From contig JAFSUT010000099.1 of the NCBI GenBank assembly GCA_017445085.1, positions 1 to 52,427 on the forward strand: DNA of 52,427 nucleotides. The letters are read 5' to 3'. A program made the position numbers and the translations under genes. The notes under the pieces are model-generated. The model saw only the letters and a list, made by a program, of their open reading frames with translations. It was not told where the DNA came from and made no database searches. Of the stretch, positions 44,411 to 52,427 are shown in pieces; position 1 is the first letter of the stretch, and each line of letters starts with the position of its first letter. The DNA is from Clostridia bacterium. GTDB taxonomy: Bacteria > Bacillota > Clostridia > Oscillospirales > CAG-272.

Positions 44411-45685
44411 TCAGAATGCCTGGTTCAGCGTGGTGATACCGTCGATGCGGACATCGAAGTAAGGTGCGCTGCGGAACTCGGACTCATGGAAGTAACCGTC
44501 AACGACAACTTCGGTGTCGGGCGTATACGCGGCGTCGGAGTCAACGTCTGCCATGTAAGAGGTCTGTGCCGCACCGTCTACGGTGTAGGTGTCGGTAGCA
44601 AATACATGGAGCGTGCCGGCTTTGAACGCTTCAATTGCGGCGTCGATGGCGGCCTGCGTGCCCTCAGCAGCAGCGGCGGTATTGACGTCGGTGAGGAGAA
44701 CCGAGCCGGTCGAGATGCTGCCGGTCCAGTCTGCCGGGATGGTCTCGCCGTTTACGACTGCGTTGACAACAAATTCATAGTAAGGCGCCCAGTTGATGCG
44801 CGAAGATACGATAAAGGTGTTCGGGCAAGCGGCAACGGTCGAACCGTTGTAAGAAACGTTCGGGATCCCTGCGGTCTCGCAAGCGGTCGGTGCGCCCATC
44901 GAGTCAGCGTGCTGGCTGATGAGTTTGCAGCCGTCGTTGATGAGTTTGGTCGCAGCTTCTTTTTCGCCTGCTTCATCGTACCAGGAGCCGGTGAACTGTA
45001 CCTTCATGGTCGCGGTGGGGCAAACCGAACGTGCGCCGAGGAAGAAGGAGGTGTAACCCGAGATAACTTCTGCATAGGTGAATGCGCCGACGTAGCCGAT
45101 GACGGCGTCTTCAGCGGCAAACTGACCGGCGGCGATCATCTCATTGAGTTTCATACCTGCGGCGATGCCTGCGAGGTAACGGCCTTCATAGATGGAAGCG
45201 AACGCATTGTGGAAGTTGTCAAGTTTTTCGGTGTGTGCCATCGTACCGGTCGCATGGCAGAACTGAACGTTCGGGAATTCTTTTGCGGCCTGGAGCAGGA
45301 AGCTCTCATGACCGAAAGAGTCTGCAAATACGACGGTGCAGCCTTCGTCTGCGAGGTCGGCGGCCGCTTCATAGCAATCGTTGGATTCGGGGATGTTGGT
45401 CTTGATCACGATCTGATTGTCGGCAAGGCCGAGGTTTGCCTGCATTTCCTTGAAACCGTTGATGAAGTTGAGGTCGTAGGTCGAGTTTTCGTCATGGAGA
45501 CAGATCAGACCGACCTTGACGTCAGCATAGGGGTTGACTTCGACCGCCTCGGTTGTTGCGGGCGCGGCGTCCGCGTTATCCGCGGTGGTTTCGGGCGCTG
45601 CATCGGTGGACGCGGGCGTGCCGCCGCAAGCCACCAGGGCAAATACCATCACAGCGGCGAGAAGAAGAGCGAGAATCTTTTTCAT
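44411..45685 (-). CDS. BMP-family (PnrA/Med-like) nucleoside-binding lipoprotein
   Basis: Lipobox LVACGG, a low-complexity linker, then the BMP pattern (KVGLICLHDENSTYDLNF, GYVGAF...). Confidence 0.85.
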   Translation of the reverse strand: MKKILALLLAAVMVFALVACGGTPASTDAAPETTADNADAAPATTEAVEVNPYADVKVGLICLHDENSTYDLNFINGFKEMQANLGLADNQIVIKTNIPESNDCYEAAADLADEGCTVVFADSFGHESFLLQAAKEFPNVQFCHATGTMAHTEKLDNFHNAFASIYEGRYLAGIAAGMKLNEMIAAGQFAAEDAVIGYVGAFTYAEVISGYTSFFLGARSVCPTATMKVQFTGSWYDEAGEKEAATKLINDGCKLISQHADSMGAPTACETAGIPNVSYNGSTVAACPNTFIVSSRINWAPYYEFVVNAVVNGETIPADWTGSISTGSVLLTDVNTAAAAEGTQAAIDAAIEAFKAGTLHVFATDTYTVDGAAQTSYMADVDSDAAYTPDTEVVVDGYFHESEFRSAPYFDVRIDGITTLNQAF

Positions 45686-45720
45686 TTTGTGAGTCCTCCA
45701 AAAAAATTTTTGAAATATCT

Positions 45721-45739
45721 ATGTAAACGTGGTTTACAT
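45721..45739. promoter_or_regulatory. 19-bp palindrome between the leader terminator and the RBS
   Basis: ATGTAAAC-GTG-GTTTACAT, perfect 8-bp arms, about 35 nt upstream of the BMP start codon. Confidence 0.4.
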
Positions 45740-45740
45740 A

Positions 45741-45781
45741 CAAAAGAAAATAAAAAGGCGGACTTTTTGCCAAAAGCCCGC
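45741..45781 (-). terminator. leader terminator (riboswitch expression platform)
   Basis: Minus strand reads GCGGGCUUUU-GGC-AAAAAGUCCGC (about 10 bp including one G-U pair), followed by CUUUUUAUUUUCUUUU. Confidence 0.65.
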
Positions 45782-45845
45782 ACCCGGTATTCTCCGCTCC
45801 GCGACCGAAAACAAAAAGACGGCGCGCAAAAAACAGAAGAAAAAA

Positions 45846-45909
45846 CCAATAGTCGCAACTTGGCGTGCGGTAGAAACATTCGGGCCATTTTATCCGAACC
45901 TATATTGGC
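45846..45909 (-). promoter_or_regulatory. purine (guanine-type) riboswitch aptamer, with atypical loop lengths
   Basis: Minus strand reads GCCAAUA-UA-GGUUCGGAUAAAAUGGCCCGAAU-GUUUCUACC-GCACGCCAAGUUGCG-ACUAUUGGU. It has a P1 pairing, the conserved J2/3 UUUCUACC, and J3/1 GACUAU with C at the specificity position. Confidence 0.75.
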
Positions 45910-45938
45910 AAATCTGATTCAATTTGGATTACGTCTTT

Positions 45939-45967
45939 ATTATAACAGACGCTTTTTCAAAAATCAA
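45939..45967 (-). promoter_or_regulatory. sigma-70-type promoter of the nucleoside ABC operon
   Basis: Minus strand reads TTGATT (45962-45967), 17 nt, TATAAT (45939-45944). Confidence 0.55.
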
Positions 45968-46037
45968 CCCCATATTTTGTCGAAAATCCAAAATTTTTGC
46001 CTGCATAAATCGTAAAAGTTGCACAGAAGACAAAGCG

Positions 46038-46066
46038 GCGGCGAAAGGCAAAATGCCTTTCGCCGC
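46038..46066 (-). terminator. stem-loop terminator after the GH31 gene
   Basis: 13-bp perfect stem GCGGCGAAAGGCA / TGCCTTTCGCCGC with a 3-nt loop. The U-tract is weak. Confidence 0.55.
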
Positions 46067-46078
46067 TCACGGTCTTCT

Positions 46079-49000
46079 TTAACCCGTAATGGCTTTGAGC
46101 GTACCCAGCACATCGGCGATGCTACCGCCGGTCTTGCCGTCGAGGATATCGCGAAGGCGCAGGAGCGCGTCACGCAGAGTCACGCGCCCGTCGCCGTCGT
46201 AATCGAAACGGTTACCCGTGCAGATCAAGATCTTTGCACCGTCTTTTACATTGACGTCCATCGTGATCTCGTAGACGTCCGCCGTCTTATCGGCGCCGCT
46301 GTCCGCAAACGGGAGCGCCGCGGCAGACGCCTGGATCTTTGTCACGTCCAGCGGCGTGCTGCCGCAGACGGCGGAGAGCACCGGCGTATCACTCCGGATG
46401 CGCAGTTTGACCGTGCGGCGCTCCATGCCGCCGTCCCACGCGCTGCCCGCGCCGGAAAGTTCAAACTGCCATACGTTGTCGCCGATCTGCGTTTCGGTCA
46501 GCGTGGTCCTGCGATACTTGCCGTCGGTGTAGCCCTCGGTCTTGCCGTCGTCCTCATAGAGCTTTGCGCTGCCCTCTGCAAGTCCGTAAACGTTGTAAGA
46601 GATCGCGTCGTACAGCGCACTCTCCATCGGGGAGATCACGCGCGCGGTCGGCAGGATCGCCCCCTTGCGGACAAAGAGCGGCGTTTCGTCGATGCCGCCG
46701 GTGACCGTCACGGTCTTCGGCCCGACAAATTCTTCTCCGCTGAACTGATGGATCCACGTACCGTCCGGGATAAAGACGGTGCGCTGTGAGCGGTTGGCGC
46801 CGAGGACCGGCTCACAGACGAAATAGAGGACGGCTCTGCCGCTGAGTTCATAATACTCGAGGGCAAGATCATACGTTACCCCTGCGCGAAGCGCCTTTTG
46901 ATTGTTGATATACGGGCGCACTTGACTTGACGCATAGCCGTCCGACCAAAGCTCGCCGTTGATATACACACGCGCGCCGTCGTCCGCCAGCGTACCGATG
47001 TAGCAGTCGTACGCGGGGGTGATCTTACCCTCGTAGCGCGCCGTAAAATAATCGACGTTGACGGCGGCGTTCGGCGAGCCGGTATACCAATAGTTGTCAA
47101 TGTTGGACACGCGCTCGGTAAAGACCGGCGTGCCGGTGAAATACGCGTCCTTTGCCGTGCCTTTTTCTACATTATAATACTTTGCGCTCAGTCCCTGCTT
47201 GCCGTCCGGCGCGGTGAGCCATTCTGCCGGGACGGCAAGACGCCCGTCGCCCTCGGTGCTCCAGAACGGCGCCGCGAGAATATCGTGCCCGATGAGGTAC
47301 TGCGTATTGTCCTGCGCCTCGGCAAACTCCGGATAGTCAAAATCGGTACGGCGCATCAGCGGGAGTCCGGTATCGTAGTTCTCCCGCGCAAGGGTATAGA
47401 GATACGGCATCAGATGATAGCGCATTTTGAGATAGTCGCCGATGATCTGCTTTGCCGTTTCGTCATAACTCCACGGATACTGCTCGTTTTTCGCGGAGAG
47501 CGTGGAATGCACACGGGTCGCCGGCGAAAGGGCGCCGTACTGCATCCAGCGGATAAAGTTGTTGCGCGTGACGGTGTCGTTGTGCCAGAAACCGCCGAGG
47601 TCGCTGGACATATACGGCGAGGCGCCGCTAACGCCGCCGAGGACCATATTTTCGATTTCACGGCGGAGCTGGAGCGGCTCGCCGTAGATATCGCCCGTCC
47701 ACTGCACGCCGTAGCGGTGCCCGATGACCGAGGGCTCGCCCGTGATGTGCCCGTGCTTGATCCAATCCACGTTGGAGAGCATCAGCACGCGGTCGGCGTA
47801 CGCCCCCGTCTTGTTTGCCGCGCGGTAGTCGGCGATGGTATCGTAATACAGCACCTGCCCGAGGGTGGAAAACAGCACTTCGGCAAAGGGCGTCTTTAGT
47901 CCGTACGTCCAGTTGCGGTCGTACCACCAGCCGTTCAAGCCTTTTTCAAGGAGGGATTTGATCCCCGCCGACTGCCACTTGAGTTCCTCGGGCGTGATGA
48001 TGGTCATCGAGGTCTGATGCGTGTGATCGTTAAAGAGAACAAGCACGCCCGCCGCTCTCGCGTCGGCAAGGAACTTTTCCATATCCGGATAGAGTTCGGT
48101 ATTGATATCGTAGCCCGTACCGCTGCCGCCGTTGCCGCCGACGCTGGTATTTTTCCACTCGGTGTCGATGACGATCACGTCCAGCGGGATCTCCTCTTTG
48201 CGGTAGCGGTCGATCATCGCAAGTTTTTGCTCCGCCGTGTAATTTGTCCAGCGCGAGTACCACGAGCCGAGCGCCTTGATGTCCGAGAGCATCGTCCTGC
48301 CCGTCAGCGTGACGAAAGCACGGCGCAGCGCGGCGGCGTCGCCGAGCGGCAAGAGGACGTAGGCGTCGATGTTTTCGCCGCGGCGCCAGCCGCTGTCCGC
48401 ATCCGTCGATCCGGTGTAAGTCAGTCCGCCCGCCGGCGGCAGGATCTCACTGTCGGTCAGCATAAAGACGTCCGGCGTTTCGGACGGCGCGGGGAGGGAG
48501 GCGTACATCCCGTGTTTTTGCGCGTCAAAGAACGAAAAGATCTCTTTTCCTTCTTTATTATATACTTTCACGTCGCTGATCGACGGCGCCTTTTTTTTCA
48601 AATTGACGGTGAAACGGGAAGTGGAAAAGATCCAGGTTTCCCCGTCCTCGTCGCAGACCACGTCGGCGCCGGCAAACGCCGTGCGATCGGGGACGAGCAA
48701 CGTATTGTCATCCAAAAATCTGCCGTTTGTACTCTCTTCCACGCGCAAGATCTCTTCACCGAGGATCTGCACGCGCACGCTGCCGACCGTTTTTTCAAAC
48801 ACGCCGGAGCGCGCGTCCTGCCGTGTGGTCTCCTTGATCGAATAGCCGCAATTTTGACATACTTTTTTCACGACTGTCCCCTCCGTTGTACTCGTAAAGA
48901 TATGTGCGGCACATTCCGTGACGGTGCGCGTACCGCACACCGTGCAGGCCCCGTCCCGCACGTCGTGCCCGCCGAGGATCTCGGTGCAGTAGTCGGCAAG

Positions 49001-49969
49001 TTTCCTCTCTCTGTCGCCCGCGCCGATAAAATACGCCGTGTAGCTCCGCATCGCCGCGGACGAAGCCTCATTGACATAGATGGAAAGCGAGGTCAGGCGC
49101 TTTCTCTCCCGATAGTCGGTAAAGTCACCGATAAAGTTCAGCTTGCCGTCGCGCAGCACCAGCACCGACGAAAATGCCTCAACGTCGCTGTTTTGGTTGC
49201 CGAGCGAGATCTGTTTTGTCACCGTGACGTCACCGTCGATGCAGACGGTGGCGCCCGCATCCCCGGCAAAGGAAGACGTGCCGCTGGAACCCGCGATAAG
49301 ATACCCCGTGCGCACGTCGCCGCCGACCGTCAGAAACGTCCTGTGCGTGGTGCGCGAGTTGTACGAGCGGTTAAAACCGATGATGCCCCAATAACTGCCG
49401 CTCCGCACGGTCAGACGGTTGTCGTGCGTCCCGTAGCCCGCCGGTGTGGCGCCGCTCATACAGCCGGCAAGCAGATAGACCTTTGTGCCGATCTCCTGCC
49501 CGCTGCCGAGCGCGATCGTCTTTTCCGACGACATCACGAGCCCTTCGCCCATCGTGAGCGGATTGCCGCGTGCGCAAATGCTGACGCCGCCCGTGTAATC
49601 GCCCGTAGCAATGACGAGGTTGCAGATCTCGGTTTCACCGCTGATCATATACTCATAGGGCGAGGCAAAGATCAGTTTTTCGCGCCCGGTCTGCCCGCAG
49701 AGGGTGATCTTGCCCGCGTGCGCCGGCTCGACAAAGGCGTTTCGCGTGGTGGCGATCTGGTGCTTCGGCACCGTGACGTCACCGCAAAGCAGGATCTCGC
49801 CCTCGTTTCCGACCGCCGCGTAAGCCTCGGTCAGACTGCCGAGCGGAGAAGCCGCGCTCTGTCCGCTGCCGCTGCCGCCGTCCGCAACGTAGACCGTCTT
49901 TGCCGCCGCCAAAAGCGTCGTAAGTGCGGCGAGGCAGAAAAACAATACTAAAAATTTCAATATTTTCAT
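46079..49969 (-). CDS. secreted multidomain glycoside hydrolase family 31 enzyme with PA14 insert and C-terminal dockerin-like module
   Basis: 1296 aa with a signal peptide. GH31 core (VIVIDTEWKN, NGWWYDRNW, HRYGVQWTGDI). PA14-like segment (FTARYEGKITPAYDCYIGTLADDGARVYINGELW). C-terminal DYDGDGRVTLRDALLRLRDIL. Confidence 0.8.
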   Translation of the reverse strand: MKILKFLVLFFCLAALTTLLAAAKTVYVADGGSGSGQSAASPLGSLTEAYAAVGNEGEILLCGDVTVPKHQIATTRNAFVEPAHAGKITLCGQTGREKLIFASPYEYMISGETEICNLVIATGDYTGGVSICARGNPLTMGEGLVMSSEKTIALGSGQEIGTKVYLLAGCMSGATPAGYGTHDNRLTVRSGSYWGIIGFNRSYNSRTTHRTFLTVGGDVRTGYLIAGSSGTSSFAGDAGATVCIDGDVTVTKQISLGNQNSDVEAFSSVLVLRDGKLNFIGDFTDYRERKRLTSLSIYVNEASSAAMRSYTAYFIGAGDRERKLADYCTEILGGHDVRDGACTVCGTRTVTECAAHIFTSTTEGTVVKKVCQNCGYSIKETTRQDARSGVFEKTVGSVRVQILGEEILRVEESTNGRFLDDNTLLVPDRTAFAGADVVCDEDGETWIFSTSRFTVNLKKKAPSISDVKVYNKEGKEIFSFFDAQKHGMYASLPAPSETPDVFMLTDSEILPPAGGLTYTGSTDADSGWRRGENIDAYVLLPLGDAAALRRAFVTLTGRTMLSDIKALGSWYSRWTNYTAEQKLAMIDRYRKEEIPLDVIVIDTEWKNTSVGGNGGSGTGYDINTELYPDMEKFLADARAAGVLVLFNDHTHQTSMTIITPEELKWQSAGIKSLLEKGLNGWWYDRNWTYGLKTPFAEVLFSTLGQVLYYDTIADYRAANKTGAYADRVLMLSNVDWIKHGHITGEPSVIGHRYGVQWTGDIYGEPLQLRREIENMVLGGVSGASPYMSSDLGGFWHNDTVTRNNFIRWMQYGALSPATRVHSTLSAKNEQYPWSYDETAKQIIGDYLKMRYHLMPYLYTLARENYDTGLPLMRRTDFDYPEFAEAQDNTQYLIGHDILAAPFWSTEGDGRLAVPAEWLTAPDGKQGLSAKYYNVEKGTAKDAYFTGTPVFTERVSNIDNYWYTGSPNAAVNVDYFTARYEGKITPAYDCYIGTLADDGARVYINGELWSDGYASSQVRPYINNQKALRAGVTYDLALEYYELSGRAVLYFVCEPVLGANRSQRTVFIPDGTWIHQFSGEEFVGPKTVTVTGGIDETPLFVRKGAILPTARVISPMESALYDAISYNVYGLAEGSAKLYEDDGKTEGYTDGKYRRTTLTETQIGDNVWQFELSGAGSAWDGGMERRTVKLRIRSDTPVLSAVCGSTPLDVTKIQASAAALPFADSGADKTADVYEITMDVNVKDGAKILICTGNRFDYDGDGRVTLRDALLRLRDILDGKTGGSIADVLGTLKAITG

Positions 49970-50106
49970 CTCGGGCGTTTTCCTTTCCGTAAAGAGGTCA
50001 AGATATATCCGATATGGATTTCTGTCTTCAGTATAACAAACGCAGGATAAAAAACATATTGCATTTTGCTATTAAAATATGTTAAAATGCTATTGAGGTG
50101 AGCAAA

Positions 50107-50913
50107 ATGGAGCCATATTTCAAATCCTTTCCGATCGAAGAAAACGATTTTCCCTACTTCCGTCCGGTGATGGGCGGCATCCAGCAATGCAGCGCCGGCT
50201 ACACCTACGGCCCCGCCATCCGCCGCTATTATATCGTCGAATATATTCTCTCGGGCAAGGGCGTGTACACGGTCGGCGGCGTGGCGCACGCCGCAGGCGC
50301 GGGCGAATGCTTTATCATCCGCCCGTATGAAGCGCACCTTTTGCGCGCGGACGGGGACGACCCGTGGCACTACGTCTGGCTCGGCTTTACCACCGAGCTG
50401 CCCCTGCCCGGGATTTTAGCCTTGCAATACGTGTTTGACGGCACGCCCGCCAAAGATTTGTTTCTCTCGCTCGCAACAGCGCCGCCGCGCACGGTCGCCG
50501 ACTATTCCGCCCTGATCTACACGATTTTGACTCGCTACGCCGCGCCGCACGCGGCGACAGAGGACGCGCCGCACACCCCCGTGGCGTCGGCGATCGCGAT
50601 GATCAAAAAAGAGTACGCCACCATCAAAGTACAAACGCTCGCCGACCGCCTGTATCTCAACCGCTCCTATTTCAGCGCACAGTTCAAAAAGGAGACCGGC
50701 AAAACGCCGAAAGCCTATATCGACGAGCTGCGGATGTCCGCCGCCGTGATGATGATGACCGAACTCGGCTATACGGTGGGGCAGGCCGCGCTTGCCACCG
50801 GCTACAGCGACGTCCTGTGCTTTTCCAAGATGTACAAGCGCCGCTTTGGCGTGGCGCCGCGCGAGAGCCTGAAACACAGATCCCCCGGCGGCGGCACGAT
50901 CCTGCTCAAATAA
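50107..50913 (+). CDS. AraC-family transcriptional regulator (cupin sensor + HTH)
   Basis: C-terminal dual HTH (LADRLYLNRSYFSAQFKKETGKTPKAYI..., GYSDVLCFSKMYKRRFGVAP). ATG 50107 follows GAGGTGA; the track starts at GTG 50098. Confidence 0.85.
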   Translation: MEPYFKSFPIEENDFPYFRPVMGGIQQCSAGYTYGPAIRRYYIVEYILSGKGVYTVGGVAHAAGAGECFIIRPYEAHLLRADGDDPWHYVWLGFTTELPLPGILALQYVFDGTPAKDLFLSLATAPPRTVADYSALIYTILTRYAAPHAATEDAPHTPVASAIAMIKKEYATIKVQTLADRLYLNRSYFSAQFKKETGKTPKAYIDELRMSAAVMMMTELGYTVGQAALATGYSDVLCFSKMYKRRFGVAPRESLKHRSPGGGTILLK

Positions 50914-50932
50914 CGGACGACCCGTAGAAAAA

Positions 50933-50965
50933 GGGGCTGTAAAAAACAGAGTTTTTTACAGCCCC
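50933..50965. terminator. 33-bp palindromic terminator element, copy 2
   Basis: Identical to 36503-36535. Lies between the convergent AraC and SBP genes. Confidence 0.75.
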
Positions 50966-51002
50966 TTTTTTCTGTGCGGTTTACTCGCTTATTACTCGCT
51001 GA

Positions 51003-52427
51003 TTACTCGCTGATCTTGATGGTGACGCGGCTCTCAAGATTTTGCGCCACGGTTTCAAACGACTTTTCCCCTGCAAAATACGCGGTGGCTTCTTCATAAA
51101 TGAGGTTGACGAGGTCTTCGTCAACAACGATGGCGTGCGTCGCCTCGTGCACGATGCGGTCGAGCGCGGCGATGTCCTCCGCCGTCACGCGGTAGTCGTC
51201 CTCACCGTAGTCATACGTATCCTCGCCGTCGCGCAGGCGAATATCGGCAAGCGCTTTGTCACGCTGCGCCGCCATCGCCTCCTCGGTCACGGGGAAATAG
51301 TAGTCAACTGCGGTCTGCGCCTCTTTTGTAAAGAAGAGGCGGACAAAATCCCACGCCGCATCCGGTGCAGACGACTCCGCCGCGATGAGGAGGCGCAAAC
51401 TGCCGCAGGTAAACGCATAGCCGCTGCCCGTCGCATTGGGCATCGAGGCAAAGTAGGGCTTTTGATTGCCAAAGTAATACGAAGCGGTGGAATATGCGCT
51501 TTCAAATCCCGAAAGCCCCAGCGGCATGGCGATCGCCTTGCCCTCTTTGTACATATTGTTGTATGCGTCCCTATCAAAGGTCTCGAAATTAAAACCGTCC
51601 TCCTCGTAAATGGACTTTTCGGGGGCTGTGCGGCAAAAATCAAGCAACGCCTTGAATTCTGCATTGTTGAAATCTGCCTTTTTGCCCGCCTCGTCGATAA
51701 AATCGGCATAGTTGACGCAGAAAAGAAGGTTTAAGAGTTCGCGGCGCCCCATATCCCCCTGCCGGACAAACGAAACGCCGTCGGGGAGAGCGAGCGCCGC
51801 CGCGGCAAACTCTTCCATCGTGCGTTTGTCAAACGGCTTTACGTTTTCCTCTATGCCCGCCATGGCGTAGACAGAAAAGGAGGTCGGCAGTTCATAGAGT
51901 TTGCCGTCACGCTCCGCGCCTTTGAGGATATTCTGCAAAAAGGCGGTGCGATCCAGCGTTTGGTCGTTGTCGATGTACGTATACAGGTCGGCAAACAGAC
52001 CCTTTTCGATATACTTTGCAGGATGAAACAGCATATCCGAGATCAAAACGTCCGGCACCTTGCCCGAGAGCAGGTCGTCCGCAAGGCGCTTTTGCCCCGC
52101 CTCCATATCGTCCTCGGTGTTAAACTTTGCATAATCGGTATATCGGATGCGATACTCGTCCTGCGAGAGATTGAACGCGACGATCTGCTTTTGAAAATCA
52201 TACGCATAGCCGGAGGAAGCAACCTCGATGATGTACTTCGGCACAAGACTGTCGGGGTCGGCGGGGCGCAGTATGACGATGCTGACCTGTTTTGTAAAGC
52301 CGTCGCTGTCGTCCTCGGATTTCAGCGCGGCAAAGCACCCGTCTTCCAGTGCAACGAAATGTTCGCGCTCGTAAATATAGTCCGAGTTGATAAAATCAAG
52401 CAGCAGTTCTTCCTCGCCGTCTCGTCC
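51003..52427 (-). CDS. extracellular solute-binding protein (ABC, family 1-like), 5' end outside the window
   Basis: The frame stays open from the track start (GTG 52244) to the window edge: manual translation of 52245-52427 gives GRDGEEELLLDFINSDYIYEREHF... with no stop. The C-terminal part shows an SBP-like pattern. Confidence 0.65.
   Translation of the reverse strand, partial: GRDGEEELLLDFINSDYIYEREHFVALEDGCFAALKSEDDSDGFTKQVSIVILRPADPDSLVPKYIIEVASSGYAYDFQKQIVAFNLSQDEYRIRYTDYAKFNTEDDMEAGQKRLADDLLSGKVPDVLISDMLFHPAKYIEKGLFADLYTYIDNDQTLDRTAFLQNILKGAERDGKLYELPTSFSVYAMAGIEENVKPFDKRTMEEFAAAALALPDGVSFVRQGDMGRRELLNLLFCVNYADFIDEAGKKADFNNAEFKALLDFCRTAPEKSIYEEDGFNFETFDRDAYNNMYKEGKAIAMPLGLSGFESAYSTASYYFGNQKPYFASMPNATGSGYAFTCGSLRLLIAAESSAPDAAWDFVRLFFTKEAQTAVDYYFPVTEEAMAAQRDKALADIRLRDGEDTYDYGEDDYRVTAEDIAALDRIVHEATHAIVVDEDLVNLIYEEATAYFAGEKSFETVAQNLESRVTIKISE

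Noticed and set aside
45721-45739. The palindrome as a CcpA cre site.
   Set aside because: The arms resemble cre half-sites, but the 3-nt centre gives 19 bp with odd symmetry. This does not fit the 14-16-bp cre consensus.
1-52427. Search for CRISPR arrays, tRNA/rRNA genes, integrases, transposases, and toxin-antitoxin pairs of known type.
   Set aside because: I saw no short regularly spaced repeats, no cloverleaf-like or rRNA-like segments in the intergenic regions, and no ORF with recombinase or transposase signatures. The only repeats found are those reported above.

Overview
This is a 52.4-kb, visibly GC-rich chromosomal segment from a Gram-positive anaerobe. It looks Clostridia-like: lipobox lipoproteins, DivIVA/SepF/YlmH, a dockerin-like module, and anaerobic cbi genes.

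Layout:
- (1) 0-9.7 kb, minus strand: K+ uptake (trkA, trkH) and a housekeeping/division block (rluD, lspA, divIVA, ylmH, sepF, yggS, an HlyD-like protein, miaA, a PfkB kinase).
- (2) 9.8-12.4 kb, plus strand: a small membrane protein, a MarR regulator and an acyl-CoA ligase.
- (3) 12.5-33.2 kb, minus strand: one ~20-kb, 21-gene cobalamin operon, mostly joined by 4-nt ATGA overlaps. It starts with a consensus promoter and a divergent candidate B12 riboswitch. Its first five genes form an unusual envelope module: a lipoprotein-anchored CbiK homologue, a tandem-domain lipoprotein, a BtuF-like binding protein, a FecCD permease and an ATPase with an extra C-terminal domain. These are followed by cbiA-C-D-F-G-H, a cbiJ-E-T fusion, cbiB, cobD, cbiP, cobO, cobT, cobU, cobS, a truncated CobU paralogue and cobC. 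No cbiL and no cytoplasmic chelatase is present in the window.
- (4) 33.2-34.5 kb: a zinc-ribbon gene interrupted by an in-frame TAG, then an AT-rich 0.83-kb mini-island. The island is bounded by 52-bp direct repeats that duplicate the rpsR 3' end and its terminator. It carries a small secreted protein and an XRE regulator with repeated operators.
- (5) 34.5-37.8 kb: rpsF-ssb-rpsR, a histidine phosphatase, a flavin reductase and a zinc-ribbon membrane protein.
- (6) 37.8-40.6 kb: a second AT-rich island with an XRE regulator divergent from a very AT-rich 201-aa cytoplasmic protein. That gene is translationally coupled to a BspA-type LRR surface protein and followed by an unannotated 50-aa ORF.
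- (7) 40.6-46.0 kb: a BMP-family nucleoside ABC transporter operon behind a purine-riboswitch-like leader.
- (8) 46.1-52.4 kb: a 1296-aa secreted GH31 enzyme, an AraC regulator and a partial solute-binding protein.

I saw no rRNA, tRNA, CRISPR array, integrase or transposase. The best candidates for something undescribed are the riboswitch-led surface CbiK/tandem-lipoprotein/ABC module and the two XRE-controlled AT-rich islands.
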